A DNA stretch of 64,000 nucleotides from Squalus acanthias (Eukaryota): the NCBI GenBank assembly GCA_030390025.1, contig CM059431.1, positions 138,448,001-138,512,000 of the forward strand, given 5' to 3'. Below the pieces are notes generated by a model, which was given only the letters and a program-made list of their open reading frames with translations, did no database searches and was not told the origin of the DNA. Made by a program: the position numbers and the translations under genes. The number at the start of each line of letters is the position of its first letter. The first letter of the stretch is position 1. Of this stretch, positions 1 to 10,959 are shown in pieces.

Positions 1-240
1 CCAGTATATTAAAAGATAGTCACCACAAGTAATGTAAGAGCAGCGTCACCATCACTAATGTTAGAGTAGGGTTAGCACCACTAATGTTGGAGTAGATTCC
101 TCACCAGTAATTTTAGTGTAGAGTCATCACCAGTAATGTTAGAATAGGGTCACCATCAGTAATTTTAGATTAGAGTCACCACCAGCAACGTTAAATTCGG
201 GTCACCACCGATTATGTTACAGCAGAATCAAGTATTTCGC

Positions 241-500
241 ACAGAAGACATCGGAGCAGGAACAGGCCATTCGCACTTTCCAGCCTGCTCCGCATTTCAA
301 TAAGGTCATGGCTGAACTTGTACATCAACTCCACTATTCAGCCCTATATCTTCATCCGTTGATTTCCTTTCTATCCAAAATCTATCGATTTCTCTCTTGA
401 ATGTATCCAACGACTGACCATCCGCAGCTCTTTGTGGTAGAGCATTCAAAAGATTCACAAAGTTTTCTGTGAATACATTTCTCTTCATCTCAGTCAAAAA
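241..500 (-). mobile_element. CR1-type LINE 3' end fragment
   Basis: Reverse complement resembles the CR1 3' UTR at 18225-18305 in this window (ggagttga...agccatga...ttgaa...ggagcaggct...tggcct...cctgctcc) plus the C-terminal coding remnant (RNVFTENFVNLLNALPQ). Confidence 0.8.
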
Positions 501-711
501 GGTTATTGTCAGCTCACCACCGGTAATGTGAGAGTAGGGTTACCAACAGTAATATTAGATTAGCGTCATCACCAGTCATTTTAGAGTAGGGTCACCAAAA
601 GTTATGTTAGAATAGGCTCAACACAAGTAAGGTTAGAGAGAAGTCATCACCAGTAATGTTATACAGGAGTTCTCACCAGTAATATTAGAGCAGGAACACC
701 AGCAGTAATAT

Positions 712-1075
712 GAAAGCAAAATATGCGGATGCTGGAAATCTGAAATAAAACAAGAAATGCTGGAAACACTGATCAGGTCGGGCAGCATCTGTAGAAAGAA
801 AAACAGAGTTAACGTTTCAAGTCGATGACCCTTCGTCAGAACTGGAAAAAGTTGGAAATAAAAAAGGTTTTTAAGCAAGTGCAGGGGCAGGGAGAGTGGG
901 GAGGAGAGGAAAGAACAAAGGGGAAGGTCTGTGATCGGAAGGAAAGCAGGGGGGGATTAAGAGGTTAAAGGGATGATGGAGCAAGGCAAAAGGAGATGGT
1001 TATAGGACAAGTTAAGAAACAAAGATGAGTCTAGATGAAGGGTAAATGGCAATAGCAGAATCATTAACAGCTGCC
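712..1075 (-). mobile_element. Penelope-like retroelement terminal fragment
   Basis: Motif gatgctggaaatctgaaataaaa...ggcagcatctgt...gagttaacgtttc..gtcgatgacccttcgtcagaactgg, recalled as an abundant fish/shark Penelope-type terminal repeat. Contains a minimal hammerhead core on the minus strand. Confidence 0.65.
807..843 (-). ncRNA. Minimal type I hammerhead ribozyme motif
   Basis: Minus strand reads AGUU CUGACGA A GGGUC AUC GACUU GAAA CGU U AACU: CUGANGA and GAAA cores, stem I AGUU/AACU, stem II GGGUC/GACUU, loopless palindromic stem III ACGU, GUU cleavage triplet. Confidence 0.7.
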
Positions 1076-2918
1076 ATGTGAAACTCCACCAGTAATGTTA
1101 GATTACGTTCATCACCAGTAATGATAGAGTAGTTTCACCGCTAGTAATGTTAAAGTAGGGTCATCACCAGACAGGTGTCCTCAACATTAAAGCAGGGACA
1201 CCACCAGTAATGTTAGATTAGGATTATCAGCAGTAATTATAGAGTCGAGTCAGAACTAGTGATGTTAGAGTAGGGTCACCACCAGTAATGTTAGAGTAGC
1301 GTACTACCAGTAACGTTGGAATAGGGTCAGCAGCAGTAAAGTTTGAGTAGGATCACCGCCATTAATGTTAGAGTAGAGTCACCTCCATTAATGTTAGATT
1401 ATGGTCACCACAAGCAATGTTACCGTAGAGTCATCAATATTTATGTTAGAGAAGATACTCTACCAGATATGTTAGGTTTTGTTCACCACCAGTAATGTTA
1501 GTGTCGGGTCACCACAAGATATGTTAGATTAGGCACACCACCAGTTAAGCAGGAGTAGGCTCATCATCAGTAATAGTAGAGTAGGATCACCATCAGTAAT
1601 GTTAGAATAGGGTCTTCACCTGTAATGCTAGAGTAGAGTCACCATCAGTAATGATAGAGTAGGGTCAGCACCAGTAATGTTAGAGTAGGGTTACCATAAT
1701 TAATGATACAGTAGGGACATTACCAGTAATGTTAGCGTAGGGTCACCATCAGTAACTTTAGAGTAGGCCCAGCACCTCTCACGTTAGAGATGAGTCATCA
1801 CCGGTCATGTAAGGGTAGGCTTACCACCAGTAATATTAGTGTAGGGTCACCACCAGTAGGTTTGGAGTTGAGTCACCACCAGTAATGATAAAGAGGAGTC
1901 ATCACCAGTATTGTTAGTGTAGGGTCACCAGCAGTAATGTTAGAGTAGAGTCACCACCAGTAATGTTAGAGTACAGTCACCACCAGAAATATTAGTGTAG
2001 GGTCACCGGCAGTTTTGTTGGAGTCGGGTCACCAGCAGTAATGTTAGAGTAGGGTCACCACCAATAACGTTACAAAAGGGTCAACACGAGTATTGTTATT
2101 GTAGGGTCATTACCAGTAATGTCAGTGTATAGTCACCACCAATACTGTTAGAATATGATCACTAACAGTAATGTTAGAGTTGTATCATCATCAGTAATCC
2201 TAGTGTACCGTCACGACCAATAATATTAGAGTAGGGTCAACACCAGTAATATTAGAGTTGTGTCACTACCAGTAATGTTAGAGTAGGGTCACCACCAGTA
2301 ATATTAGAGTAGGATCAACACCAGTAAAGTTAGAGTAGAGTCACCACCAGTGATGTTAGAGCAGGGTCACCACCAGTAATATTCGAGCAGGGTCACCACC
2401 AGTAATGTTAGAGTAGAGTCACCACCATTAATATTAGAGTTGTGTCGCTACCAGTAATGTTAGAGTAGGGTCACCACCAGTAATGTTAGAGTAGAGTCAC
2501 CACCAGTAATGTTCGAACAGGGTCACCACCAGTAATATTAGAGTTGTGTCGCTACCAGTAATGTTAGAGTAGAGTCACCACCAGTAATGTTAGAGTAGGA
2601 TCAACAACAGTAATGTTAGAGTAGAGTCACCACCAGTGATGTTAGAATAGGGTCACCACCAGTACTGTTAGAGTAGAGTCACCACCAGTAATATTAGAGC
2701 AGTGTCTCCACCAGTATTGTTAGAGTAGGGTCATCAGCATTCATTCGGGAGTACCGTCAGCACCAGTAATGTTAGCGTAGAGCCACCACCAGTAATTTTA
2801 GAGCCGATTCATCAGCAGCCATTATAACAGTACAAAGCAAATTTTAATTATGTGATGGATGAGTGAAGATTTCACTAAATTAACATGAGGCTCCAAGATC
2901 CTAACGCAGAGATCAGGA

Positions 2919-3072
2919 GGGAGATTCCCTTCAGGGATCACGGGGCATGCGCAGAGCACATTCCCTCTGGGATTACTTTCCGTTCATTGATTTTAATGGA
3001 CGGAGTTTCATGGACTGAGCTGTTCAATTTCCCCAGTGGCGGCCGGGGCGCACTGAAGGGGAAAATCGTCCC
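2919..3072. mobile_element. Short MITE-like element
   Basis: Imperfect terminal inverted repeats (gggagattcccttcag / ctgaaggggaaaatcgtccc) and a central hairpin tccgttcattgattttaatggacgga. Confidence 0.5.
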
Positions 3073-3099
3073 TTGTTTGTTAAGTGACTGTAACTAACG

Positions 3100-3150
3100 C
3101 CAATTATTGTGTAACCTGATTGTCTCACCGGGCACGGATTGTTTTATAAA
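3100..3150 (+). promoter_or_regulatory. Candidate core promoter of the GPCR gene (CCAAT and TATAAA)
   Basis: CCAAT at 3100-3104 and TATAAA at 3145-3150, ~80 nt upstream of the ATG at 3229 (context GAAATGG). Confidence 0.45.
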
Positions 3151-3228
3151 TTGGGAGCTTTTACGCATTTCAGATACGCTGCGGTCGGAATCGTAAAGCT
3201 GGGCGAATCCACACAAATCTTCAAAGAA

Positions 3229-3298
3229 ATGGCACGGCCAGCAATTCAACAGATAAGTGACATTTACTACCATATTCTCGCAACCTTCGGTGTTCCCG
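3229..3298 (+). CDS. GPR139-like class A GPCR, coding exon 1 (MARPAIQQISDIYYHILATFGVP)
   Basis: ATG in good Kozak context; ends at phase-1 donor G|GTAAGT (3299). YYxIL..GVP matches the TM1 start of the GPR139/GPR142 family and joins in frame to exon 2. Confidence 0.85.
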
Positions 3299-4053
3299 GT
3301 AAGTCAATGTCTCTTGTTGCCTAATAGCTGTTGACTATCTCACATTTAATGATTATGTAACAGATTCCGGTAATACTCTCATTGCAGAGTCATTTATCCA
3401 CCGGGATAATCGGTGAATACAATGCGGGAATTCGAGCCGTCCGCGCAGCCGCTGAGGCGCTGTTCTCCTCGGAAGGTCGTTTGCACCGGGCGCTCAGTAT
3501 TCCTCCCTATACTGAGGGAGGGCGAGGCTGATTCCCCAGCACCTCCAAACGTTCATAGCCCACTACACAATGTGTTGCTCAGTGTCCATAATAATCACCT
3601 AATTTGTGCCGTTGTTCCCTGTCTACATTAAGTTGATAAATCCTCGGACTGCAGACACCCCCACCCAACAGGGCACTTTGAAAGATAAGTTGAGAAATAA
3701 TTGCCGCTCAGGAATGTGTTCCCATCCACCCGGCAGCGGTTGGACATAAATTCAACGTTGTTGTGTGAGCTGAATATTTTATTTGAATTATATCTCTCCA
3801 TTAATTGCTGTGGAATTATGTTTAATACTGGACTGGAGTTTGCTGGACGGAAGGCGGATTTTCAGTTCCTCTATATTGAATGTTCAAAGATTTCATTACT
3901 TTAAATAAAATGTCGAGAACACTCGCCTATATTAATGATAATAATCCGTGAGCATAGCGCTAAATAGGGACAGATCTGAACCTTTCCCCACAATAAGCTG
4001 TGAGATTTATCCGAGTGTCCCCGTTACTGACCTCGTCTCCCTCTTTCTCACAG

Positions 4054-4982
4054 CGAACCTACTGACAATCGTGATTCTCTCCCGAGGAAACTGCGGCCTT
4101 TCCACTTGTATCTCTGTCTACATGGTGGCCATGGCAACAGCAGATCTACTGGTCATGATCGTTAATATATTAGTGAATCGCATTTTACGTTATCACTTTC
4201 CACATTCCTTCCTGTCCTACACTGTCGTTTGTAAGATCATTCTGTATGTGCAATGTGTCACCCTGTATTTGTCGGTGTGGTTTACAGTCTCGTTCACATT
4301 TGACCGATTTGTAGCTATATGTTGTGAGAAATTTAAAACCAAGTATTGCACAGTGAGAACTGCGGCCGCGGTTATAACGACGGTTTCTGTCCTGATCTGT
4401 TTACAGAGCCTCCTGTTTTGGTTTGCATATGAACCTGAGCGAATAATTAAGAATGTTCCCTGGGGTTGCCGCGCCAGAGTGGAGTTTTTTTCATCGCCGA
4501 CAGGTGTGGCGTTCTCTTGGTTACAAAGCATTTGTTTTAATTGGCTTGCTTTTGCTTTGATATTACTGTTTAATTGTTTGACAGTCAGACGTATTTTAAT
4601 GGCCAGTAGAGCCCGCAGGGGACTCCGGGGTCACAGCATTGAGAATCATAGCGATCCAGAGATGGAGAACAGAAGGAAATCCATAATTTTACTGTTCAGT
4701 GTATCGGGCAGTTTTATACTGTTGTGGCTGACAACTGTTGTTACTTTTGTAACTACCAGAATGACAAGCACCGTGCATTACAGAGGTGATTATGCAGCCC
4801 CTGCCTATATTGCCGCAGAAACCGGATATATGCTCATGTATTTGAGTTCCTGTACAAACACATGCATTTATGCAACTACTCAAACTAAATTCAGGGAAGA
4901 GCTCAAGCAGGTGATGAAAATTCCTTGGACATTTATTGGGAAAAGAATGAAAAGTCAAACCAAAGCTTCCAGTCCTACCTAG
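4054..4982 (+). CDS. GPR139-like class A GPCR, coding exon 2 (spliced protein 332 aa)
   Basis: Branch point TACTGAC, pyrimidine tract and CAG acceptor at 4051-4053. Reads ANLLTIVILS, MATADLL (TM2), SVWFTVSFTFDRFVAIC (TM3/DRY-like), ILLFNCLTV (TM5), SFILLWL (TM6), SSCTNTCIY (TM7), TKFREEL (helix 8). No disruptions. Confidence 0.92.
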
Positions 4983-5554
4983 AGCTCAAATACAAACTGT
5001 GTTGTATTTTAGAATGTCTGCGTTTCTGTTGTGAATATTAATGATAATAATCCGTGTGCATAACGCTAAATAAGGACAGTTGTGGTATCAGAAAACATTT
5101 CTCCCACTTTGTGCCGTATGTTTGATGTCTGCTGCTTTCCCCGGGTGAACAGAATCGTTCCCCGCTGAAACAGCGCCCTTCCCGCTCAAGATTCAAAGAG
5201 AACAGTCATCACTGAGCTTCAGCAGTGGAGTAGAACATGTGACGTCAGCGTTAACTGCCTCACGCCGCAGGTACTGGAATGAGACGCCCCAGTTTAATTA
5301 ACAGATACATTTTCTTTAGTGTAGAAACAATGTGTTAAAATGGTGGTTATCTGTAATTCTGTAATCTTGGTGTGAATGTTGCAGGCGCTGGTCTCCCCAT
5401 CAGACTCCGCCCCCATTGTCTCCTGGACCAATAGAACGGGGCCCTGTCTCCTGATCAGTGTCTGATGATGGAGACAGTAGGAACTTGACTCGTCAATGTG
5501 ACATTAGACATCTTTGTTCACAGATATTTACTGAAAATCTCAACTGGTCATCAC

Positions 5555-5900
5555 AAAGTTGGAACAGGGGGACAGACCATTCGACCCAATCAGTTCGTGT
5601 CGACTGTTACCCTCCACCCGCGGCAATTGTTCCATACACTTCACCCAGCCGGTCTTAACATCACTTCAACCTATTTTTATTTAGCCGTCTATACAATTTA
5701 ATCTTCAATATTGATATTATTTCTGCCTCCGTTATTTCCATCGTCTCACAACACTCCATGTAAAGGGGTTTTCATAACTTTAGTTCTAAATCTCTTAAAT
5801 GTATTATTTTTTCTCTGGCCGCATGTTTTTGATCCTTCAACTAACGGAAGGTTCTGCTTCTATCTATCCTGTGCCATCCTTTCTTAAAGTAAACCACCTG
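5555..5900 (-). mobile_element. Degenerate CR1 3' fragment
   Basis: ggaacagg...accattcgaccc and ttttgatccttcaactaacggaagg...tctatcctgtg resemble the reverse complement of CR1 3' ends elsewhere in the window. Confidence 0.5.
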
Positions 5901-6283
5901 GGTACGACTAGCCTAAATATATGAGTCTGGCATCAAAGCACAGTCTAGTGAAAGTCTGGAAAGTGTACTTAAGATCGTTATTTGCAAGCTTTCTCTTGGT
6001 GATGTCTGAATCCTTGATTTGGCTGAAGAAATAAAGTAATGTATTTGATAGCCAGGCAAATACCCAAAACCTTGTGACGTGTTGTACATGAGCAACCAGC
6101 ATGCTCTATGCGTGATACACATACTCTGAGGAATGGATCCAAAACATGGTCAGTCACGCAGACAACACCATTACATGAAATGGTTATTGTGGCTCTAGAT
6201 AGTGAGAACTTATGTAAAATTAATGGAAGGGGATCTGCACAATAGAATAGGCCGAGATAGATTTATAATGCTAAGGAGATTAT

Positions 6284-7027
6284 GGCCCAGAAATTGGAGT
6301 TCGATGGTTGCCGCGGGGGTAAGGATCCCCCGCGATATCGCACTCTGCGCCTACCTTTATGGTTTTGGCCCACATGAACTTCAGTTCCTCGGCCTCTCCC
6401 TGGTGCCAGCGCGCAGTGTGTGCGTGTCCCAGAGGCGCAGCTAATTCGATGCGACCTCTGGGATCACGTGGGCCAGTTAAAGCCAATAGCAGCACACCAT
6501 CTTTCATTCATAGTTTTGACAGCAAGTGCTGTCAAAACTATGAATACAACAAGCCCCCAAAAGAACAGCTAAACCTCAATTAAATTTAAAAAAGCCATCA
6601 CATTAATAAAATAACTATAGTTAAATAAATTAACCACTTTAAACAAAAATTTAAATTCTTTTTAAAAGTTATAAAAATAAACTTACCTTTCTTTAAAGTC
6701 TCTAAAAAAGATAAACCTGTTGAAAAAAATTTAAAATATTACTTAATTAATTACTTACCTTGTTAAAAGGGGATCTTACGCCTGCTTTCTTTATGTGTAA
6801 AATCTTTAACACTTACCTGCGCGTTCAAACCTGAAAAAAAACTAAGTGCACTCCGTGCGCACAACCCGAAGCACGCACGTGGTTCACTTAGGAACCGCCC
6901 CCTTCCCAATACCCGAAGTGCCGGTTTCCCACGCATGTGCAGTGCATGCAGGAAACCGGCACTTCGGGACCTAATACACGAGAGTACACAGTGCGGACTC
7001 TCCCGCATTAGGTCTAATTTTCGGGCC
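6284..7027 (+). mobile_element. Non-autonomous PIF/Harbinger-type MITE, copy A (744 bp)
   Basis: TIRs GGCCCAGAAATTGGA / TCTAATTTTCGGGCC, flanks TAT/AAT, GC-rich ends with AT-rich core; homologous to 14791-15550 and 23463-24206. Confidence 0.85.
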
Positions 7028-7075
7028 AATATTTAGTGTTCACCTTAAATCCTCTAACGCCAACAAAGGGGGCGC

Positions 7076-7824
7076 TGTAAGGAAAGGATTAATCAGGTTA
7101 TCATAACGAATGCTAATGTTACATGGTATGGGTTTCTCTTTATATTGTAGCAATGTTAACCTTTAGCCTTGTCCTGTTAAGCAGGGAAGCACTGGTCTGT
7201 TTAAAGTACCGCTGGGCTATTGGGCCAGTCCAGACCATGCAACAATGGTCAGTTTCAGGATGAAGCAATAAGCGATTTAATTAAACACATGTCATTGCAA
7301 ACAGATTCACCAATTTCAGGGAACTTTAATCATTTTGTAACAGTTTGGGAATAGAGTTAGTTCTGCAAAGGAAAACACCTGGACATACATCATCATTTTC
7401 AATTTGTAGGATACAGAAACAGACAGAATTACTGTTAAAGGTTTCACTTGGTACAACTGCAAATATATGGGTCAAGAGCGAAACTATCGATCAGATAAAT
7501 CAATTAAATTATCTTTACGTGGAGGTTGATTTTAACTTTGATATCATTGTGTAAAGCAGAATTGTGAGGATAGTCAAGTAGAGGGAGTGAGAAAAATGAA
7601 TAAAAACGAATAGTTTTAATAAGTATTCGGTTTGGTAAAGGCCTAAGATACTGAGCTCAGGACTGTGACATGTTTGGGTCTCCACGCCAACCATCATCAG
7701 GTGTGGTTCTAATTCCTACCTTTTAAGTGTGTGTGTAAGTACTATTGTATGTATTATGTGCTTAATAAACCTATGGCACCTCACGCCAATGTTCAAGTAC
7801 ATTATTGAAAAGCTTATGCTGACA
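7076..7824 (+). mobile_element. Possible LTR (TGT...ACA) preceded by a polypurine tract
   Basis: AACAAAGGGGGCGC immediately before TGTAAGG; AATAAA near 7764; candidate end TGACA at 7824. No second LTR or coding region seen. Confidence 0.3.
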
Positions 7825-8254
7825 ATAGCCTTTGTACTTTAATTCTGAATTGGCTTCATTTATTAACTGTGATTAGGAGCCCGCTTTACCCGTCACTCTT
7901 TAACGTTCCACTTGACCCAGACGTTCTCCAAAACCAAAGTCCTCTTGGTTGCAGGGCCCCGTGGAGCCCGGGCTCTGCCAGTCCGGCTGGAATCCAGCTT
8001 CTGGGGAAAGTGGTGATTAGTTGCGGGTGGTTTTGTGTAAGAGCCACATTCTCATTTACCTGGATGCGGACAACCAGTAGTATTTAAGGCCCGAGTCAGG
8101 CAGCCGGCAGAGGTTTTAGTTCCATCAGTCAGAGATGTTCTGCATCCAGCTACAACCCTGAGAAGGCGACGTTCAATCAACCACATCATCCAAACTCCAC
8201 AGGTAAAATAGAAAGGAAAGGCATGAATAATTAACCATTACATTACCGTGTCAA

Positions 8255-8690
8255 ATTCAATCTGATGTGGTTCTGATTCCCCATCCCCTGTTTCTAATTA
8301 ACCAGTTGTTGTATTCCCTTGTGTGTCTCTATTTCTAATTAAACAGTTACTGTGTTTCCCTGACATTCCCATCTCCTCTATTTATAAATAAACAGTTGCT
8401 GTCTTCCCCTGTCCCCTACTTCTGAATGAAGGGTTATTGTGATCCGCTGCTACCTATTTCTAATATCAGTTGACGTATTACCCTGCCCTCTATTTCTAAA
8501 TAAGCCATTACTGAGTTCCCCTCTATTCCTTTATTATATTTCTAATTAGCAGTTCGTTGGTTCCACTTAATGTTCCTGTTCTCCATTTCTAATTAAACAT
8601 TTACAGTGTTCCCCTAAATTTCCCTTTATTCTATTTCTAATGTTGCTTCACGTGTTCCGCTGAATTCCCCTGTCCTCTAGTTTTCATTCT
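8255..8690. repeat. Degenerate ~38-45-bp minisatellite (tatttctaattaaacagttgctgtgttcccctg...)
   Basis: Recurrent tttctaat..aacag..tgt.ttccc motif about ten times. Confidence 0.7.
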
Positions 8691-9589
8691 AAAGATTAGG
8701 AGCAAGTCTGTTCCATAGATAGACCGTCGCTCATTGAAATAACTGTTCCAGAAATTAGTTTTGAATTTACCCCCACCAATCTCAGGCCATGTCCTCTGGT
8801 TTTACAGTTCTGGACAAGGTGAAACAGCTCGTCATGAACCACATTACCTGGTGGATAAAGAGCAGTGTCTCGCACATATTCAGGTGCCCGGTATTCCTGT
8901 GCCCTTTTTATGTTTGTCATAGGATTGTTAACATGGAAAGGGTAACGGAACTTCTGGTGCTGAGGCAAGCTACAATTCAACAGTTTCAGTGGTTTACACG
9001 GGGCCGTATTTTGCGGACCTATGGGTGCGTATGACTTGCGCACGAGTCCGTAGGGGCCGCGCAAGTTCCGGGTTTAGGCATGCGAAGCGCATACGCTAAA
9101 AAATCGGAAATTGCAATCTGGCGCAGATTTGCGCTATTTGTCAAACTACTGGCCAGCAGTTACTGACGAAACTGCAACGACAGAAATAAAGCAGGCGGAC
9201 AGCCGGCATTCTATCTAAAGAAGAAGCAGGAAGAAGACGTGGAAGTCAGGGGGCTGGAAACCGGACTGTTTTAACTTTTAAAGTTAACAACGTTCTTGGT
9301 ACAAAGCCTGATTTAAGTTTTTAACAACTTTAATTTGTTAAATATTTCTTTGGTTTTGGATCTATTTCTGAGGAGTGTCGGTGATTAGAAGAGGAACTTT
9401 CGCTGTGGACCAGTTAAGCATTCCATTCAAATAGATTTCTTTTTTTTAACCTTGAAAATGACTGTTTAAAAATGATTTTGTTCACGTTAACTCATGTTTA
9501 GAATTATGCCAAAATATACGAATGTTTTAAATGTTAACTTTTGTAAGCTGTTTAAAAATTAATGTCTGACTTTGTAAAATGTTTTAAAA

Positions 9590-9696
9590 GTCTTAGAAAT
9601 TGTTCTCAGGCGGTGATATTGATCAGGCGGGTTTTGACGGGCGGCCGATCCGATACCGCCCGTTTCACATCACCACCCGCCGTGAATTTCTAACCA
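9590..9696. mobile_element. ~107-bp mini-MITE
   Basis: TTAGAAATT / AATTTCTAA inverted ends and an internal hairpin ACGGGCGG...CCGCCCGT; a GC-rich island in AT-rich sequence. Confidence 0.5.
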
Positions 9697-9787
9697 CTCA
9701 CTTTATTAATATGACGTTTACAACTCTTTCCATTTCTTCCCAACAGTTACTGCATCTATTTAAAGAGGAAGCCTGTGAGGGAGAATC

Positions 9788-10959
9788 ATGCCTCATGAGG
9801 AGTTTGCCCCGATCTTGTGTGTGATTCTGGCTCATAGAATCGAAAACACCAGGAAACAACAAAGAAGACTGAGGAACCATGACCGCCACCTAATCAGGAG
9901 GAACTACTACCCACCCAGAGAGGGTACAGGGAGAGGCTGTCTTTTCAGATGCTGTTGCAGGATTTGTGTGTGAGCAGGCTGCAATTTTGTAAATAAACAT
10001 TTGACCTACTATGTGACATGTTGAATGACGGCCTTCAAACACGCTCGAAGACCCTCACTGCCTTGTCAGTGTCCATGAAGGTAACCACAGCACTGAACTT
10101 CTTTGCATGCGGGTCAGTTCAGTCAGGCACCGGTGACAATTCAAACATCACCCAGAGTGCTCGAGGGCCTGCTTTCACCAGGTCACAGATGCAATATTCC
10201 GCAGGGATTCAGAGTTCATAGACTTCGACTTGTCCACTCGGCGGAAGAAGGAGAGGTCCTTTAATTTTATAGGATTACTGGCTTCCCCAAAGTGATTGGG
10301 GCCGTCGGTGGAACCCATGTTGCATAGAAGGCACCAATTGATGCACCTCTGACATACAACAACAGGAAGGGGTTTCATTCAATAAATGTAATAATTGTCT
10401 GTGATGCACAACTCAGGATCCTAAACATGAATGCAGTTCACCGGGGAAGTGCTCATGACTCCTTCGTCCTCCGTCACTCGGACTTAAATAGCGCCCACAG
10501 TACATTGCCTCCAGGATCTGCATGGATATTGGGTGACAAGAGCTACCCGATAAAACCATGGTTGATGACACCATACCGCAGGACCAATAATGGGGCTCAG
10601 GAGAGATACAACCAGGCACACGTGTCCACACGGCAATTGGTGGAAAGGACAATCGGGCTTCTGAAATCACGCTTCCGGTGCCTGGACAGGATGGGGCGGT
10701 GGGGGGGGGGGGGGGGGAGGTGCGGAGTTTGCAGTATTCTCCTCTGAAAGTGTCATGGAATGTGGTGGCCTTTTGTGCTTTGCATAACTTTGCCCTGCGG
10801 GAAGGACTGACCCTTAACCCTGCAGACGAGCTCCCTGCTGAAATGGAGGACATGGAGGATGCCAATATCTTTGTGGCCATGCCTGATGAGGAGGAGCCAA
10901 GTGCTGCCGAAACCAAAGCTGCCAGGGAACTGCTAGTAGCCAACACGTTTGCAAGGTGA
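9788..10959 (+). pseudogene. HARBI1-like (Harbinger DDE) transposase pseudogene
   Basis: Motifs across frames: KVTTALNFFACGSVQ, GFPKVIGAVGGTHVA, NRKGFHSINV, GSAHDSFVL, WILGDKSYP..PWLMTPY, YNQAH.STRQLVERTIGLLKSRFRCLD, LQYSP..V....AFCALHN. Several frameshifts and stops; first catalytic D replaced by G. Confidence 0.9.

Larger units (their letters stand above)
1..2815. repeat. 26-bp minisatellite array, consensus CACCAGTAATGTTAGAGTAGGGTCAC, interrupted by two TE fragments
   Basis: Direct tandem repetition with 26-nt period, e.g. 2461-2512. Most homogeneous at ~2230-2700 and more degenerate toward position 1. Confidence 0.95.

Noticed and set aside
1..2815. Interstitial telomeric repeat
   Set aside because: The period is 26 bp with no true (TTAGGG)n run.
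3948..4053. N-terminal extension MSIALNRDRSEPF... of the 344-aa ORF
   Set aside because: Starts at GTG and runs through a branch point and pyrimidine tract; it is intron sequence.
4217..4958. Antisense ORFs over the GPCR
   Set aside because: Short shadows of the sense coding frame with no recognisable motifs.
8075..8210. TATTTAA plus CAG|GTAAAA as promoter and first exon of another gene
   Set aside because: Motifs are short and no downstream coding exon can be assigned.
9788..10959. Domesticated host HARBI1 gene
   Set aside because: Multiple stops and frameshifts, a lost catalytic Asp and a TIR-like end indicate a dead transposon copy.
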